Origin: an uncultured bacterium
GTDB taxonomy: Bacteria; Zixibacteria; MSB-5A5; GN15; FEB-12
NCBI GenBank assembly: GCA_965372795.1
Contig: CBDVDR010000001.1
Location: 256,001-320,000 of the forward strand
Length of the DNA: 64,000 bases
Direction: 5' to 3'
Below, piece after piece: positions 20,089 to 29,707 of the stretch; position 1 is the first letter of the stretch, and each line of letters begins with the position of its first letter. Position numbers and translations under genes: made by a program. The notes under the pieces are model-generated. The model searched no databases and had not been told where the DNA came from. It saw only the letters and a list, made by a program, of their open reading frames with translations.

Positions 20089-21078
20089 CTATTTATCGCT
20101 ACTGCGAATTCTTTTAATAGCACGATTATGTTCAGCATTAGACTTGGAAAAATAATGCCCGCCCGTATTATCAGCTACAAAATATAAAAAGTCGGTCTTT
20201 TCAGGTGAGATTGCCGCTTTGATTGACTTCTCCCCCGGTGAATTTATCGGTGTGGGCGGTAATCCTTTTCTCATATAAGTATTATACGGCGAGTCTTTTC
20301 TTAAATCTTTTTTCCATAATGGTCGATCCAAACCCCCTAAACCATAAATAACCGTCGGGTCTGCATCAAGTCTCATATTTCGATTTAACCGGTTATGATA
20401 GACTGATGAAACTCGGCTGTGTTCGCTATTTAATCGAGTTTCAGCTTCAATGATAGATGCCATTATTATAACCTCTTCCCGACTAAGATTATTCGGAATG
20501 TCCTTTTGCCAAATTGTATCAGTAACGGTATAAAACATTGTTATCATATCACTCAACACATCCTCAACCGAAGCCCCATAAGGGAAAAAATAAGTTTCCG
20601 GATACAGATACCCCTCAAGCGAAGGAATTTTCTTACTTTTTAAAAAAGCGGCTTTGACATTGAGGGCAACAATTTGCGCCGAATCAAAACCCATTTTCTC
20701 CTGCAATATTGCAGCTGTCCCCCAGATAGGCATTCCTTCCGGGATTGTAACTTTAATTTTGAGAAATTCTGCCTTCTCAAGTTTACTTAAAACTGATTTA
20801 CATGAATTTTTACCGGTAAATGGATAACGTCCCGGAGTAAGCTTTTTGTCGACACCATTCAAACGAGCAAAAATTTTTATCACCAATTTTGACCCGATCA
20901 CTTTTTTTTCAGCTAAGATATTAGCAATGCGATTAAAATTATCGCCCTGCTTAATATCAATATGAACAACCCGATCCGAAATATCATAATCCTGATTATA
21001 AGCCATGAACCCATACCCGACTAAAATTACAATCAATATTACAATACCGCTTATTATTTTTTTTAAATTACTGCTCAT
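20089..21078 (-). CDS. mltG: Endolytic transglycosylase MltG
   Basis: TIPEG, LEGYLYPETY, MASIIEAE, LDADPTV, SPYNTY, GLPPTPI. Confidence 0.95.
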   Translation of the reverse strand: MSSNLKKIISGIVILIVILVGYGFMAYNQDYDISDRVVHIDIKQGDNFNRIANILAEKKVIGSKLVIKIFARLNGVDKKLTPGRYPFTGKNSCKSVLSKLEKAEFLKIKVTIPEGMPIWGTAAILQEKMGFDSAQIVALNVKAAFLKSKKIPSLEGYLYPETYFFPYGASVEDVLSDMITMFYTVTDTIWQKDIPNNLSREEVIIMASIIEAETRLNSEHSRVSSVYHNRLNRNMRLDADPTVIYGLGGLDRPLWKKDLRKDSPYNTYMRKGLPPTPINSPGEKSIKAAISPEKTDFLYFVADNTGGHYFSKSNAEHNRAIKRIRSSDK

Positions 21079-21510
21079 TTATCTTACCAGTTCATCGAGG
21101 AATCTCTGAAGAATAATCACTGCTGCTAAACGGTCGAGACGCTTTTTATCCTGCCCGACTTTTTTACCATGAGCATGAATAATTCCCATCGCTTCCTTGG
21201 TTGAATACCTTTCATCACTTTTATGAATCGGTCCATCGAATATTTCATGAAGTTTTAAAACAAATTCATCTATCTCAACACATTTTTTACTTTTCTCTCC
21301 GGAACTATGAAGCGGGTAACCAATAACCAAGCCATTCGGCTCGTATTCTTTTATTATTTTTTCGATTTTCTCTAAGGCTTCTTTTTGGGATTTAATTTCA
21401 AGGGTCTTTAAGGCTGAGGCAATCAAACCGGTCGGATCACTTTTGGCAATCCCGATTCTACGCTCGCCATAATCAATCCCAATAAATGTTTTATCATATT
21501 CAATAGTCAT
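21079..21510 (-). CDS. ruvX: YqgF/RuvX pre-16S rRNA nuclease
   Basis: GIDYGERRIGIA.SD, DERYST, DRLAAVIILQ. Confidence 0.95.
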   Translation of the reverse strand: MTIEYDKTFIGIDYGERRIGIAKSDPTGLIASALKTLEIKSQKEALEKIEKIIKEYEPNGLVIGYPLHSSGEKSKKCVEIDEFVLKLHEIFDGPIHKSDERYSTKEAMGIIHAHGKKVGQDKKRLDRLAAVIILQRFLDELVR

Positions 21511-21623
21511 AATTTTATTATATTTACATAATTTTTATATTCAACTAATAATTGATATATTTGGTTTCTTGAAAATACAAATATAAGAGGCAAAGCCAAA
21601 AAGACTGACTATGTCAGTGCCTG

Positions 21624-22895
21624 TTAAGTTTTGCGCTCTTTTTTCTTTGCTGCCGGAAATAGGACATTGTTAAGAATCAAACGATACCCGGGTGAGTTTT
21701 TGTGAAGCGACAGATCGGTTGGCGGATCGTGTACCATATGCTGATAATCTTCAGGGTCATGTCCTGACAAAAATGTAAATGTCCCCCGCCCCAGATTGCC
21801 ATGGATATACCGCACCTCGTCAAAATTATCAGGCTGCCCCAAAACAGTCACAAATTTCTTGAGCAAAGATTTCCTGAACCCCGTATTCTGCCCCATAAAC
21901 CCTTCGACTACGTTAACATGATTCTGTGATAACATCGTCGGGACCGGGTCAAGTTTCGCGGCAAAATCAAACAGATAGAAAAAATCATCTTTTTGAGACA
22001 AAAACCTAATCATCCGGTCAGGATAGGTGTCAATATTACTATGTCTGTAAACCAGCGGGTCTATTGATAATTTAAAATTTTCAAAGGCGAAGGTCTTGCT
22101 GTAATCAAGTTTCTCCTGTGCCCCGGGATCAATCGGATCTCCGTCAAACTCGCGCGGTACTATATCAATTCCCTCGGCGGCAAGAGCGATATCAAATGTT
22201 TCCGGAGCTGAACACATCGAAAATATAAACCCGCCCCGACGTACATAATCATAAATCGTGCGCGCTACATCATATTTCATCTTCGAAACTTTGCTGTACC
22301 CGAGCTTTTTTGCCATCGTCTCATTTGTAGTCACATCAGCCTGATACCAGAGTTGATTTCTAAACGAGGCGTAAAATTTCCCATACTGCCCGGTGAAATC
22401 CTCATGATGACAATGAAGCCAGTCATATTCATCCAAAGCACTCGACAACACATCCTCATCCCAGATCAGTTCATATTTTATTTCAGCGTAGGTCAACGCC
22501 AGCGTCACCGCATCATCCCACGGTTGACTCGATGTCGGCGAATAAACGGCAATATTCGGAGCCTTCTCAAGCTCGACCCGTTCCATATTCTCAACTTCAA
22601 TCCGCCTGAAAATATCAGCCACCTGTCCCGAACTTGCCCGCTCATAAGACACTCCCATAAGCAGACACAGATTGAGAATTTCATCATTATAATCAATCAG
22701 AAACGATCCGCCCTGATAGTTCAAAAGCCACTGAGCTTTATAACCTAAATCAAGGGCTTTAAAAATTACACCATAAGCTTTTAAATGATCGGTTTGTGAT
22801 TCATCCATCGGAATCAGAAGCGAGACCGACATAACCGGGGTAACTAAAATGAGAACTGCTATTAGAACTGTAAAAACAAATTTTTTCATATTCAT
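21624..22895 (-). CDS. Conserved exported hypothetical protein
   Basis: Signal peptide; LIPMD...HLKAYG...WLLNY, WDDAV, HHEDFTGQYGKF, HDPEDYQH, GYRLILNN; resembles an FCB-group family of unknown function. Confidence 0.7.
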   Translation of the reverse strand: MNMKKFVFTVLIAVLILVTPVMSVSLLIPMDESQTDHLKAYGVIFKALDLGYKAQWLLNYQGGSFLIDYNDEILNLCLLMGVSYERASSGQVADIFRRIEVENMERVELEKAPNIAVYSPTSSQPWDDAVTLALTYAEIKYELIWDEDVLSSALDEYDWLHCHHEDFTGQYGKFYASFRNQLWYQADVTTNETMAKKLGYSKVSKMKYDVARTIYDYVRRGGFIFSMCSAPETFDIALAAEGIDIVPREFDGDPIDPGAQEKLDYSKTFAFENFKLSIDPLVYRHSNIDTYPDRMIRFLSQKDDFFYLFDFAAKLDPVPTMLSQNHVNVVEGFMGQNTGFRKSLLKKFVTVLGQPDNFDEVRYIHGNLGRGTFTFLSGHDPEDYQHMVHDPPTDLSLHKNSPGYRLILNNVLFPAAKKKERKT

Positions 22896-22962
22896 AATGT
22901 ATAAATTATCGGCATTTACTCAACTAATGATTGTACCCGGGAAACCGGACTTTGTTGCAAAA

Positions 22963-24762
22963 TCAATCAAGTTTTAATGCGGCTAAAAACGCTTCCTGAG
23001 GAATCTCTACGGTGCCAAACTGTTTCATCCGCTTTTTACCCTCTTTTTGTTTCTCAAGAAGTTTCCGCTTACGGGTTATGTCACCACCATAACATTTTGA
23101 CAAAACCTGTTTACGCAGTGGCTTCACAGTTGCCCGACTAATAACTTTATTTCCAATCGTAGCCTGAATTATAACTTCAAACATCTGTCGTGGAATCAGA
23201 GTACGAAGTTTCTCGTTCAGCTTTTTCCCCCACAGATAAGCTTTATCCCGGTGAATTATCGAAGAAAGCGCATCTACCGTATCTGCATTCAAATTTATAT
23301 CAAGTTTCACCAGATTAGAACGAATATAATAAGGGACCCCATAATCAAAAGAGGCATACCCCCGGGTTGATGATTTTAAAATATCATAAAAATCAAAAAT
23401 AATTTCTGACAATGGAAACGCATAATTCAAAGTCGCCCGTGTTGGCGAAAGGTAATCCGTTGTTTTGTAAATTCCCCGTCTGTCGATGGCAAGTTTCATA
23501 ATCGTACCGACATATTCCGAGGGTACAATTACCTGTGCATCCACAAATGGTTCTTCAATATGGTCAATATCAGTCGTTTCCGGCATATGTGACGGATTCG
23601 AAATTGATTTCATCTCACCGTTATTCATATAAACATTGTACTCAACCGTTGGAACCGTATTAATAATTGTCTGATTATATTCCCGCTCCAACCGTTCAGT
23701 GATAATCTCCATATGAAGCAGTCCCAAAAATCCCGCTCGAAAACCGAACCCAAGGGCTGTTGAACTTTCAGGTACAAACACCAGCGAGGAATCATTAAGC
23801 GCAAGTTTATCCAGTGAGTCCCGAAGCTGATTAAAATCTTCCGCAACCGCCGGATACAATCCCGCATAAACCATCGGCTTGACATTGACAAAGCCCTCAA
23901 GTGGTTCCGTTGCCGGATTATCCGTTGTGGTAAGGGTATCACCGATTTTGGTATCGCCAACTTCTTTAATCGAGGCAAACAAATACCCGACATCACCCGC
24001 AGAAATCGATTTCATCGGCATTGCTTCGAGTCTCATATAACCGACTTCATCAACCTCATAAGATATATCGGTTGAGAAAAATTTAACGCTGTCCCCTTTA
24101 CGAATCGTTCCGTTGACGACTCTTATAAACGGCATCGCCCCGCGGTAGGTGTCAAACACCGAATCAAAAACCATTGCCTGTACCGGAGCCTCAGGATCGC
24201 CAACCGGAGGTTTGAAAACTTTTATAATCTCTTCCAATAGTTTTTCAATTCCGATTCCTGCTTTGGCTGAACAACGGATAATATCTTCCGGTTTACATCC
24301 TAAAAGCTCAACCAGTTCTTTTTCAACTTTCTCAGGATCAGCATGAGGTAAATCAATTTTATTCAGTACCGGTAAAATTTCGAGATTATTTTCCATTGCC
24401 AGATACAAATTTGAAAGGGTCTGTGCTTCGATTCCCTGAGAGGAATCAACAACCAATATCGCCCCTTCACAGGCCGACAGCGACCGACTGACTTCATAGG
24501 TAAAATCGACATGCCCCGGCGTATCAATCAGATTCAGATCGTATTCTTTACCATCTTTGGCTTTATAATTGAGTTTGATAGCATGGGCTTTAATTGTAAT
24601 GCCGCGTTCCCGTTCAAGGTCCATTGAATCGAGCACCTGGGATTTCATCTGCCGATCAGTGAGTGTTTGCGTAAACTGGAGCAACCGATCTGCAAGGGTT
24701 GATTTCCCATGATCAATATGGGCAATTATGGAAAAATTTCTTATACTTTCAATCTTCTTCAT
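22963..24762 (-). CDS. lepA: Elongation factor 4
   Basis: [49 protein letters not shown]. Confidence 0.98.
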   Translation of the reverse strand: MKKIESIRNFSIIAHIDHGKSTLADRLLQFTQTLTDRQMKSQVLDSMDLERERGITIKAHAIKLNYKAKDGKEYDLNLIDTPGHVDFTYEVSRSLSACEGAILVVDSSQGIEAQTLSNLYLAMENNLEILPVLNKIDLPHADPEKVEKELVELLGCKPEDIIRCSAKAGIGIEKLLEEIIKVFKPPVGDPEAPVQAMVFDSVFDTYRGAMPFIRVVNGTIRKGDSVKFFSTDISYEVDEVGYMRLEAMPMKSISAGDVGYLFASIKEVGDTKIGDTLTTTDNPATEPLEGFVNVKPMVYAGLYPAVAEDFNQLRDSLDKLALNDSSLVFVPESSTALGFGFRAGFLGLLHMEIITERLEREYNQTIINTVPTVEYNVYMNNGEMKSISNPSHMPETTDIDHIEEPFVDAQVIVPSEYVGTIMKLAIDRRGIYKTTDYLSPTRATLNYAFPLSEIIFDFYDILKSSTRGYASFDYGVPYYIRSNLVKLDINLNADTVDALSSIIHRDKAYLWGKKLNEKLRTLIPRQMFEVIIQATIGNKVISRATVKPLRKQVLSKCYGGDITRKRKLLEKQKEGKKRMKQFGTVEIPQEAFLAALKLD

Positions 24763-24822
24763 ATTCTCACTTTGTCAGAGCCAAATTATAATAACTTCTA
24801 ACTCTTATTATCTTCAAATTGA

Positions 24823-24850
24823 GTAGGTCGAAACCCCTGTGGTTTCGACA
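24823..24850 (+). repeat. GTAG-headed REP-like hairpin
   Basis: gtag-gtcgaaacc-cctgt-ggtttcgac-a; near-identical inverted copy at 28340-28366. Confidence 0.75.
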
Positions 24851-24879
24851 ACTTTTATCGTAACAGCCATCATATAATC

Positions 24880-24978
24880 AAAAAACCCCAACAGACATTC
24901 TGCTGGGTTATTAAAATATCGACACCAAACAGTTTCTTCAGAGCCGCCTAAGATAGGTTATTTATGCCCAAATGTCAA
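24880..24978 (-). ncRNA. Candidate small RNA: orphan sigma70 promoter, ~60-65 nt transcript, intrinsic terminator
   Basis: TTGACA(24978-24973)-N17-TATCTT(24955-24950), then cccagcaga-atg-tctgttggg-g-tttttt; G-U pair only on the minus strand. Confidence 0.45.
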
Positions 24979-25076
24979 TTTATACAAATCGAGGGGGAAA
25001 TGGGCTATAAACAGACAAAAACGACATGCTATTACTATAGTGTTAGCTACATCAGAGTATATCTGATTAATTAAAT

Positions 25077-25252
25077 CACACGAAGTGTGTCATTCCTGCG
25101 AAAGCAGGAATCCAGTATTTTTCTTGAAGTAGGTCGGGTTCTGACTTAAAGGAAAAACCCGACAATTTCTTCGTAGGGTTCAGGCATGCCTGAACCACTA
25201 CATGATAAACCTTCCCCCGTAGGTCAGGTCTCTCTTCTCTTGGAGACCTGAT
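25077..25252 (+). repeat. Cluster of REP-like palindromes
   Basis: cacacgaagtgtg (25077); gtcattcctgcgaaagcaggaatccag (25089); GTAG hairpins at 25129-25164, 25173-25196 (ggttcaggcatgcctgaacc), 25219-25252. Confidence 0.75.
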
Positions 25253-25423
25253 CTGTTATCTGTAATTTTCAAAATAAAACTCTTTTTTAAAAATCTCCCC
25301 TTCCAACCATTTTCCACTACCCAAAATGGAATGCGATATGTATATTCAAACATTACGCATATTATATATTAATGATGATATCGTCAATATTCTGACGCAG
25401 AAAATATTTGAAAGGGGCTGACC

Positions 25424-28261
25424 ATGCCAACCGACTTGGAACTCATAAAACAACTCGAAAAAGAACTTGGAAAAACGTTGACCAGGAAAAAAGACATCAA
25501 GTTTAGTGAATACTGTACAAAAGAGTATCAAACAGATTCAAATGGAAAAGTTGTTGTTTTGATGCTGAATGATTTGGGAATTAATTATATTCCACAAATA
25601 GTATTTAAATTCAAAAAGTTAAAAGCTCTCTCATTGAGAGATAATAAAATCAGAAAATTATCTTCTAAAATTTTCAATCTTCAAAACTTAGAAAAACTAA
25701 ACTTAACATTTAATAAACTAAGTACACTTCCATCTGAGGTTAGCCTGTTAAGAAAATTATCAGAATTTCTTCTGAATTTTAATGATTTCAATACATTTCC
25801 TTCAGAAATATTAAAATTGAAAAACTTAAATTACTTAGGTTTTTACGGTAGTAAACTTTCATCTATACCTTCAAAAATTGAACAATTAAAGGAATTAGCA
25901 GAATTGAATCTTGGTGGAAATAACTTCACTTCATTCCCTGTTGAAATATTGAAATGTGTCAATTTGGAAAGGTTATTATTGCATCGTAATAATCTTTCTA
26001 CTATTCCTTCTGACATAATTTTATTACCGAGATTAAAAAGATTAACTTTAGGAATTAATAAGTTTAACAAATTCCCACTTGAAATATTACAATTAGTATC
26101 CTTAGAAGACTTAGAAATTAATGAAAATTTATTAACTTCTCTACCTCCTGAAATAGATAAATTAAAGAATTTAACTCAATTATCCTTAGAGAATAATAGA
26201 TTAACATTTCTACCTTATGAAATCATAAAATTGCGAAAATTAAAACACCTGGGACTCAACGATAACCCTATCGAACAACCACCACCTGAAATTGCTTTTG
26301 ATGAAGACAATATTAATCGAATTCGTGATTATTTCGAATCATTGGAATCTCAGGGTGAAGATTTTATCTATGAAGCAAAACTTATCCTTGTCGGTGAGCC
26401 GGGAGCAGGCAAAACTTCGTTATCAATAAAACTTAATAACCCGGACTATAAATTAAATCCCAAGGAACCTATGACCGAAGGAATTGACGTTAACAAATGG
26501 GAATTCCTATATTCAGAAAAAATTCCCTTTAGGTGTAATATCTGGGATTTTGGCGGGCAGGAAATCATGCACGCCACCCATCGATATTTCCTAACCAAAC
26601 GTACACTTTATATTGTTGTCGCTGATAATCGCAAAGAAAATACAGATTTTTATTATTGGTTAAACATTCTCGAACTCTTCAGTGGCAAATGTCCTGTACT
26701 TATTGTCTTGAATGAAAAACATAATCATAAGAAAAGTGTTCCGGAAAATATTTTAAAAACTTTCACAAGTGTTAAAAAGGTTTTTGAAGTTAACCTCGAT
26801 GACAACACTGGGTTGGAATACTTATCCAAAGAAATTAAAAAATATTTATGCAATTTAGATCATGTCGGAAATGATCCGATACCTAAGAAATGGGTCAGTA
26901 TCCGCAAGGCTCTAGAAAAAGAAAAAAGTAATTATATATCATATGATCAATATTTGCATATTTGTAAAGCTCATGGAATCGAAGATGAACAAAAAGCAAG
27001 GTATATCAGTGAATTCCTGCATGACCTCGGCGTCGTTCTGCACTTTCAAGATGATTTAACTCTAAATAAAACGGTAATCCTAAATACCGGTTGGGCAACC
27101 GAAGCTGTATACAAAATCCTATTTGATCATGATATTATTGAAAGCGGAGGAACATTTAATAACAAAAACATAGAAAGAGTCTGGCATCAGGATATTTATA
27201 AAAGCAAGCATAGCGAATTGCTCCAACTTATGTTAAATTTTGAACTCTGTTTTGAGATAGATGAAACACGTCAATATATAATACCGGAATTGTTGCCAGA
27301 TAAATCTTCTGCGGATCAAAAATACTGGACAGAGATAAGCTCCAAAGGAAAAGAGCTTCTACGCTTTGAATACCGCTACGATTTTATGCCAAAAGGTATT
27401 ATTTCACGTTTGATAGTACGTATGAATAAATATATCCATAAAAGACAAAATTGGAAAAGCGGGGTTATTCTTAAAAACGGCGATAGTCTCGCCGAAATAA
27501 CAGAAACTATTGATAAAAGAGTATTGAAAATACGCATTACCGGAAACGATCGACTGGAGACACTCTCTATTATTCGGGGTTATATTAATAAATTAAATGA
27601 CACATTTGAGAATCTAAGCGTTGATGAGATGGTACCTTGTAATTGTGCTGAATGTAATAAAAACGAAGTACCTATATTTTTTAAATATAAATTATTAAAA
27701 CAGTATAAACAGGAGGAAGAAAAATTTATAAAATGTAATGCCGGAAATTTGAAAAATGTTGATGTCTTGTCTCTGATTAGTGATGTCATACTGAAAGAGG
27801 ATAGTGAAATGAAAGATGAAAAAGGTTCGAAAGATCAAATAATCAATTTCAATCCTACAATCAACACTACCTCTAATGCCGATGCAACAGCAGATGTTGA
27901 CATTGAAATAACAAATGAAATTCAAATCAACATCAATGGTTTATCCGGTGCCTTTGATAATTTAAAAGATGATCTCTTGGATGAAGCAGAAGACGATGAT
28001 ACTAAAAAATCGGTAGAAAAAGAAATAGCTAAAGTCAAAAAAGCCTTTGAACAACTTCAACAATCAAAAACAAAAGATGATGTACATACTGGTGCAATGG
28101 GTCGCATCAATAGATTTATCAAAAAAATACACGATACAAATACAACGATAGGTAAAGTCTTTGGCAAAATTGAAGATAATGTCTGCCTGGCTCAGGATTT
28201 AGCTGGCTACTATAATAAAATCGCTCTTTTGTCTGGCTTACCACCTGTAGATATTTTCTAA
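25424..28261 (+). CDS. Roco protein: LRR - Roc GTPase - COR - C-terminal extension
   Basis: About ten 23-aa LRRs; EAKLILVGEPGAGKTS, TEGI, IWDFGGQEIMHATHRYFLT; COR-type LHDLGVVLHF, FMPKGIISRLIV, VPCNC. Confidence 0.92.
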   Translation: MPTDLELIKQLEKELGKTLTRKKDIKFSEYCTKEYQTDSNGKVVVLMLNDLGINYIPQIVFKFKKLKALSLRDNKIRKLSSKIFNLQNLEKLNLTFNKLSTLPSEVSLLRKLSEFLLNFNDFNTFPSEILKLKNLNYLGFYGSKLSSIPSKIEQLKELAELNLGGNNFTSFPVEILKCVNLERLLLHRNNLSTIPSDIILLPRLKRLTLGINKFNKFPLEILQLVSLEDLEINENLLTSLPPEIDKLKNLTQLSLENNRLTFLPYEIIKLRKLKHLGLNDNPIEQPPPEIAFDEDNINRIRDYFESLESQGEDFIYEAKLILVGEPGAGKTSLSIKLNNPDYKLNPKEPMTEGIDVNKWEFLYSEKIPFRCNIWDFGGQEIMHATHRYFLTKRTLYIVVADNRKENTDFYYWLNILELFSGKCPVLIVLNEKHNHKKSVPENILKTFTSVKKVFEVNLDDNTGLEYLSKEIKKYLCNLDHVGNDPIPKKWVSIRKALEKEKSNYISYDQYLHICKAHGIEDEQKARYISEFLHDLGVVLHFQDDLTLNKTVILNTGWATEAVYKILFDHDIIESGGTFNNKNIERVWHQDIYKSKHSELLQLMLNFELCFEIDETRQYIIPELLPDKSSADQKYWTEISSKGKELLRFEYRYDFMPKGIISRLIVRMNKYIHKRQNWKSGVILKNGDSLAEITETIDKRVLKIRITGNDRLETLSIIRGYINKLNDTFENLSVDEMVPCNCAECNKNEVPIFFKYKLLKQYKQEEEKFIKCNAGNLKNVDVLSLISDVILKEDSEMKDEKGSKDQIINFNPTINTTSNADATADVDIEITNEIQININGLSGAFDNLKDDLLDEAEDDDTKKSVEKEIAKVKKAFEQLQQSKTKDDVHTGAMGRINRFIKKIHDTNTTIGKVFGKIEDNVCLAQDLAGYYNKIALLSGLPPVDIF

Positions 28262-28293
28262 AAGAAAGAATAAGGTAAGCCCACGCATGGCAG

Positions 28294-28577
28294 AACCCCG
28301 CCTTTGGCGGACTATTAGCCTTTAGTGCTCCTGCCAATTTGTCGAAACCGCAGAGGTTCGACCTACGCAAGACTTCGGTTCACTTTCACCCTAAATTCAT
28401 TGGTGATTGAGAAAAGGCTCCCCTTTATAAAAGGAGGAACGGAAAGTTATGCCCAATTTTATATCTGAAAATCTCCCGAAAATAAAAAGCACACGAAGTG
28501 TGTCTTGGTTTCGAGAGCTGATCAATACAGATAACTCTTTCAAATTAATTGTCAGGAGCACACGGCTCCTGACCTAC
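28294..28577 (-). repeat. REP-like palindromes downstream of Roco
   Basis: Minus-strand GTAG hairpins at 28366-28340 (gtaggtcgaacctctgcggtttcgaca) and 28577-28551 (gtaggtcaggagccgtgtgctcctgac); also ccgcctttggcgg and cacacgaagtgtg (28490). Confidence 0.75.
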
Positions 28578-28600
28578 TCAAAAAGAAAACACAAAAGTAA

Positions 28601-28945
28601 CAAAACGAACCCATTTGGGTTGTACAAGGAATCACCACAATGACTTACAACAAAAAAATGTTTTTTTGGGGGTGCCACACCGCTTGCTGTGGGTTTAATA
28701 TTCATACTACAAAAAAAAATCTAAATTATGCCAAGGATAAACACACGAAGTGTGCAAACGAACCCATTTTCATTGTACTATGATATACAATTACGACTTA
28801 CAGCGAAAATAGTTTGTTCATGAATATAAACCACACGAAGTGAGCAAACGAACCCATTTTGACTATAAGGAAAATCACCACAATGACTTACAGCGAAAAA
28901 GAGTTGTTCTTGATTATAAACCACACGACGTGTGCACGAAGTGTG
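28601..28945. repeat. Degenerate 90-bp tandem repeat
   Basis: cacacga(a/c)gtg at 28742, 28832, 28922 (exact 90-bp period); aaacgaacccattt...gacttaca in two full units plus a partial copy at 28601-28660. Confidence 0.8.
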
Positions 28946-29707
28946 TCAGGAACTTAGGTAAATTGCCAGGCGGTCTTTGAATTCGGCTTTAGCGATATCA
29001 ACATCCAAAATACCTTTGTAAGCAATCGAAATCTGAGCCGTCTCCTCCGAAACCACAACAATCACCGCATCCGCTTCTTCGGACAACCCAATCGCAGCTT
29101 TGTGGCGCATCCCGTAAAGTTTCCCATAGCGCGGGTTAGTTGTCAACGGCAGCGAACAAGCGGCGGCAAGGATATGATCGCCCGAAACCACGACCGCCCC
29201 GTCATGTAAAGGAGTATATGGTGTAAACAGAGTGACCAGAAGTTCTGATGATAATTCGGAGTTGATCTCTTTGCCCGACTCAACAAAATTGCGCAACCCG
29301 GTTTGGCGTTCAATAACAATCAGCCCGCCATAGCGAAGTTCCGCCAGACGCAGTACGGCTCGGGAGACCTCGATAATTGATCTTCGCTGTTCTTCGGTAA
29401 ACAATCGCCTTACAAAACGGTGTTGCCCGAACTGGGCCAGCACCGACCGGAGTTCCGGCTGGAATACAATCACGATAACGATCAGACCGAAGGTGGCAAG
29501 GTTTGAAAACATCCAGGTGACGCCTTCAAGCTGAAACCAATAGGAGATAAATGCGACCACCGCCAAAGTAAACAGTCCGAAAATAATTTGCGCCGAACGG
29601 GTGCCTTTCATCAGTTTTAGAAGCTGATAAAAGATAAACGATACAATCATAATATCGATGATATCTTTTATTCCGAACTTAATAAAATCTAATTGATAAA
29701 AGGTCAT
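28946..29707 (-). CDS. cdaA: Diadenylate cyclase CdaA
   Basis: Three N-terminal TMs, VFQPELR, PLHDGA, GMRHKAA, VVVSEET. Confidence 0.93.
   Translation of the reverse strand: MTFYQLDFIKFGIKDIIDIMIVSFIFYQLLKLMKGTRSAQIIFGLFTLAVVAFISYWFQLEGVTWMFSNLATFGLIVIVIVFQPELRSVLAQFGQHRFVRRLFTEEQRRSIIEVSRAVLRLAELRYGGLIVIERQTGLRNFVESGKEINSELSSELLVTLFTPYTPLHDGAVVVSGDHILAAACSLPLTTNPRYGKLYGMRHKAAIGLSEEADAVIVVVSEETAQISIAYKGILDVDIAKAEFKDRLAIYLSS

Noticed and set aside
21624..22895. Label 'asparagine synthetase B' that I recall being attached to this family
   Set aside because: No N-terminal Ntn Cys or SGGLDS motif, and it has a signal peptide
28119..28643. Small ORFs 28119-28370(-) and 28449-28643(+)
   Set aside because: They run through palindromic repeats, have no recognisable motifs and are probably spurious
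28601..28945. CRISPR array
   Set aside because: Only two full units, the interiors are related to each other, and there are no cas genes
24780..28945. Autonomous IS, prophage or diversity-generating retroelement
   Set aside because: No transposase, integrase, reverse transcriptase or template/variable repeat pair seen
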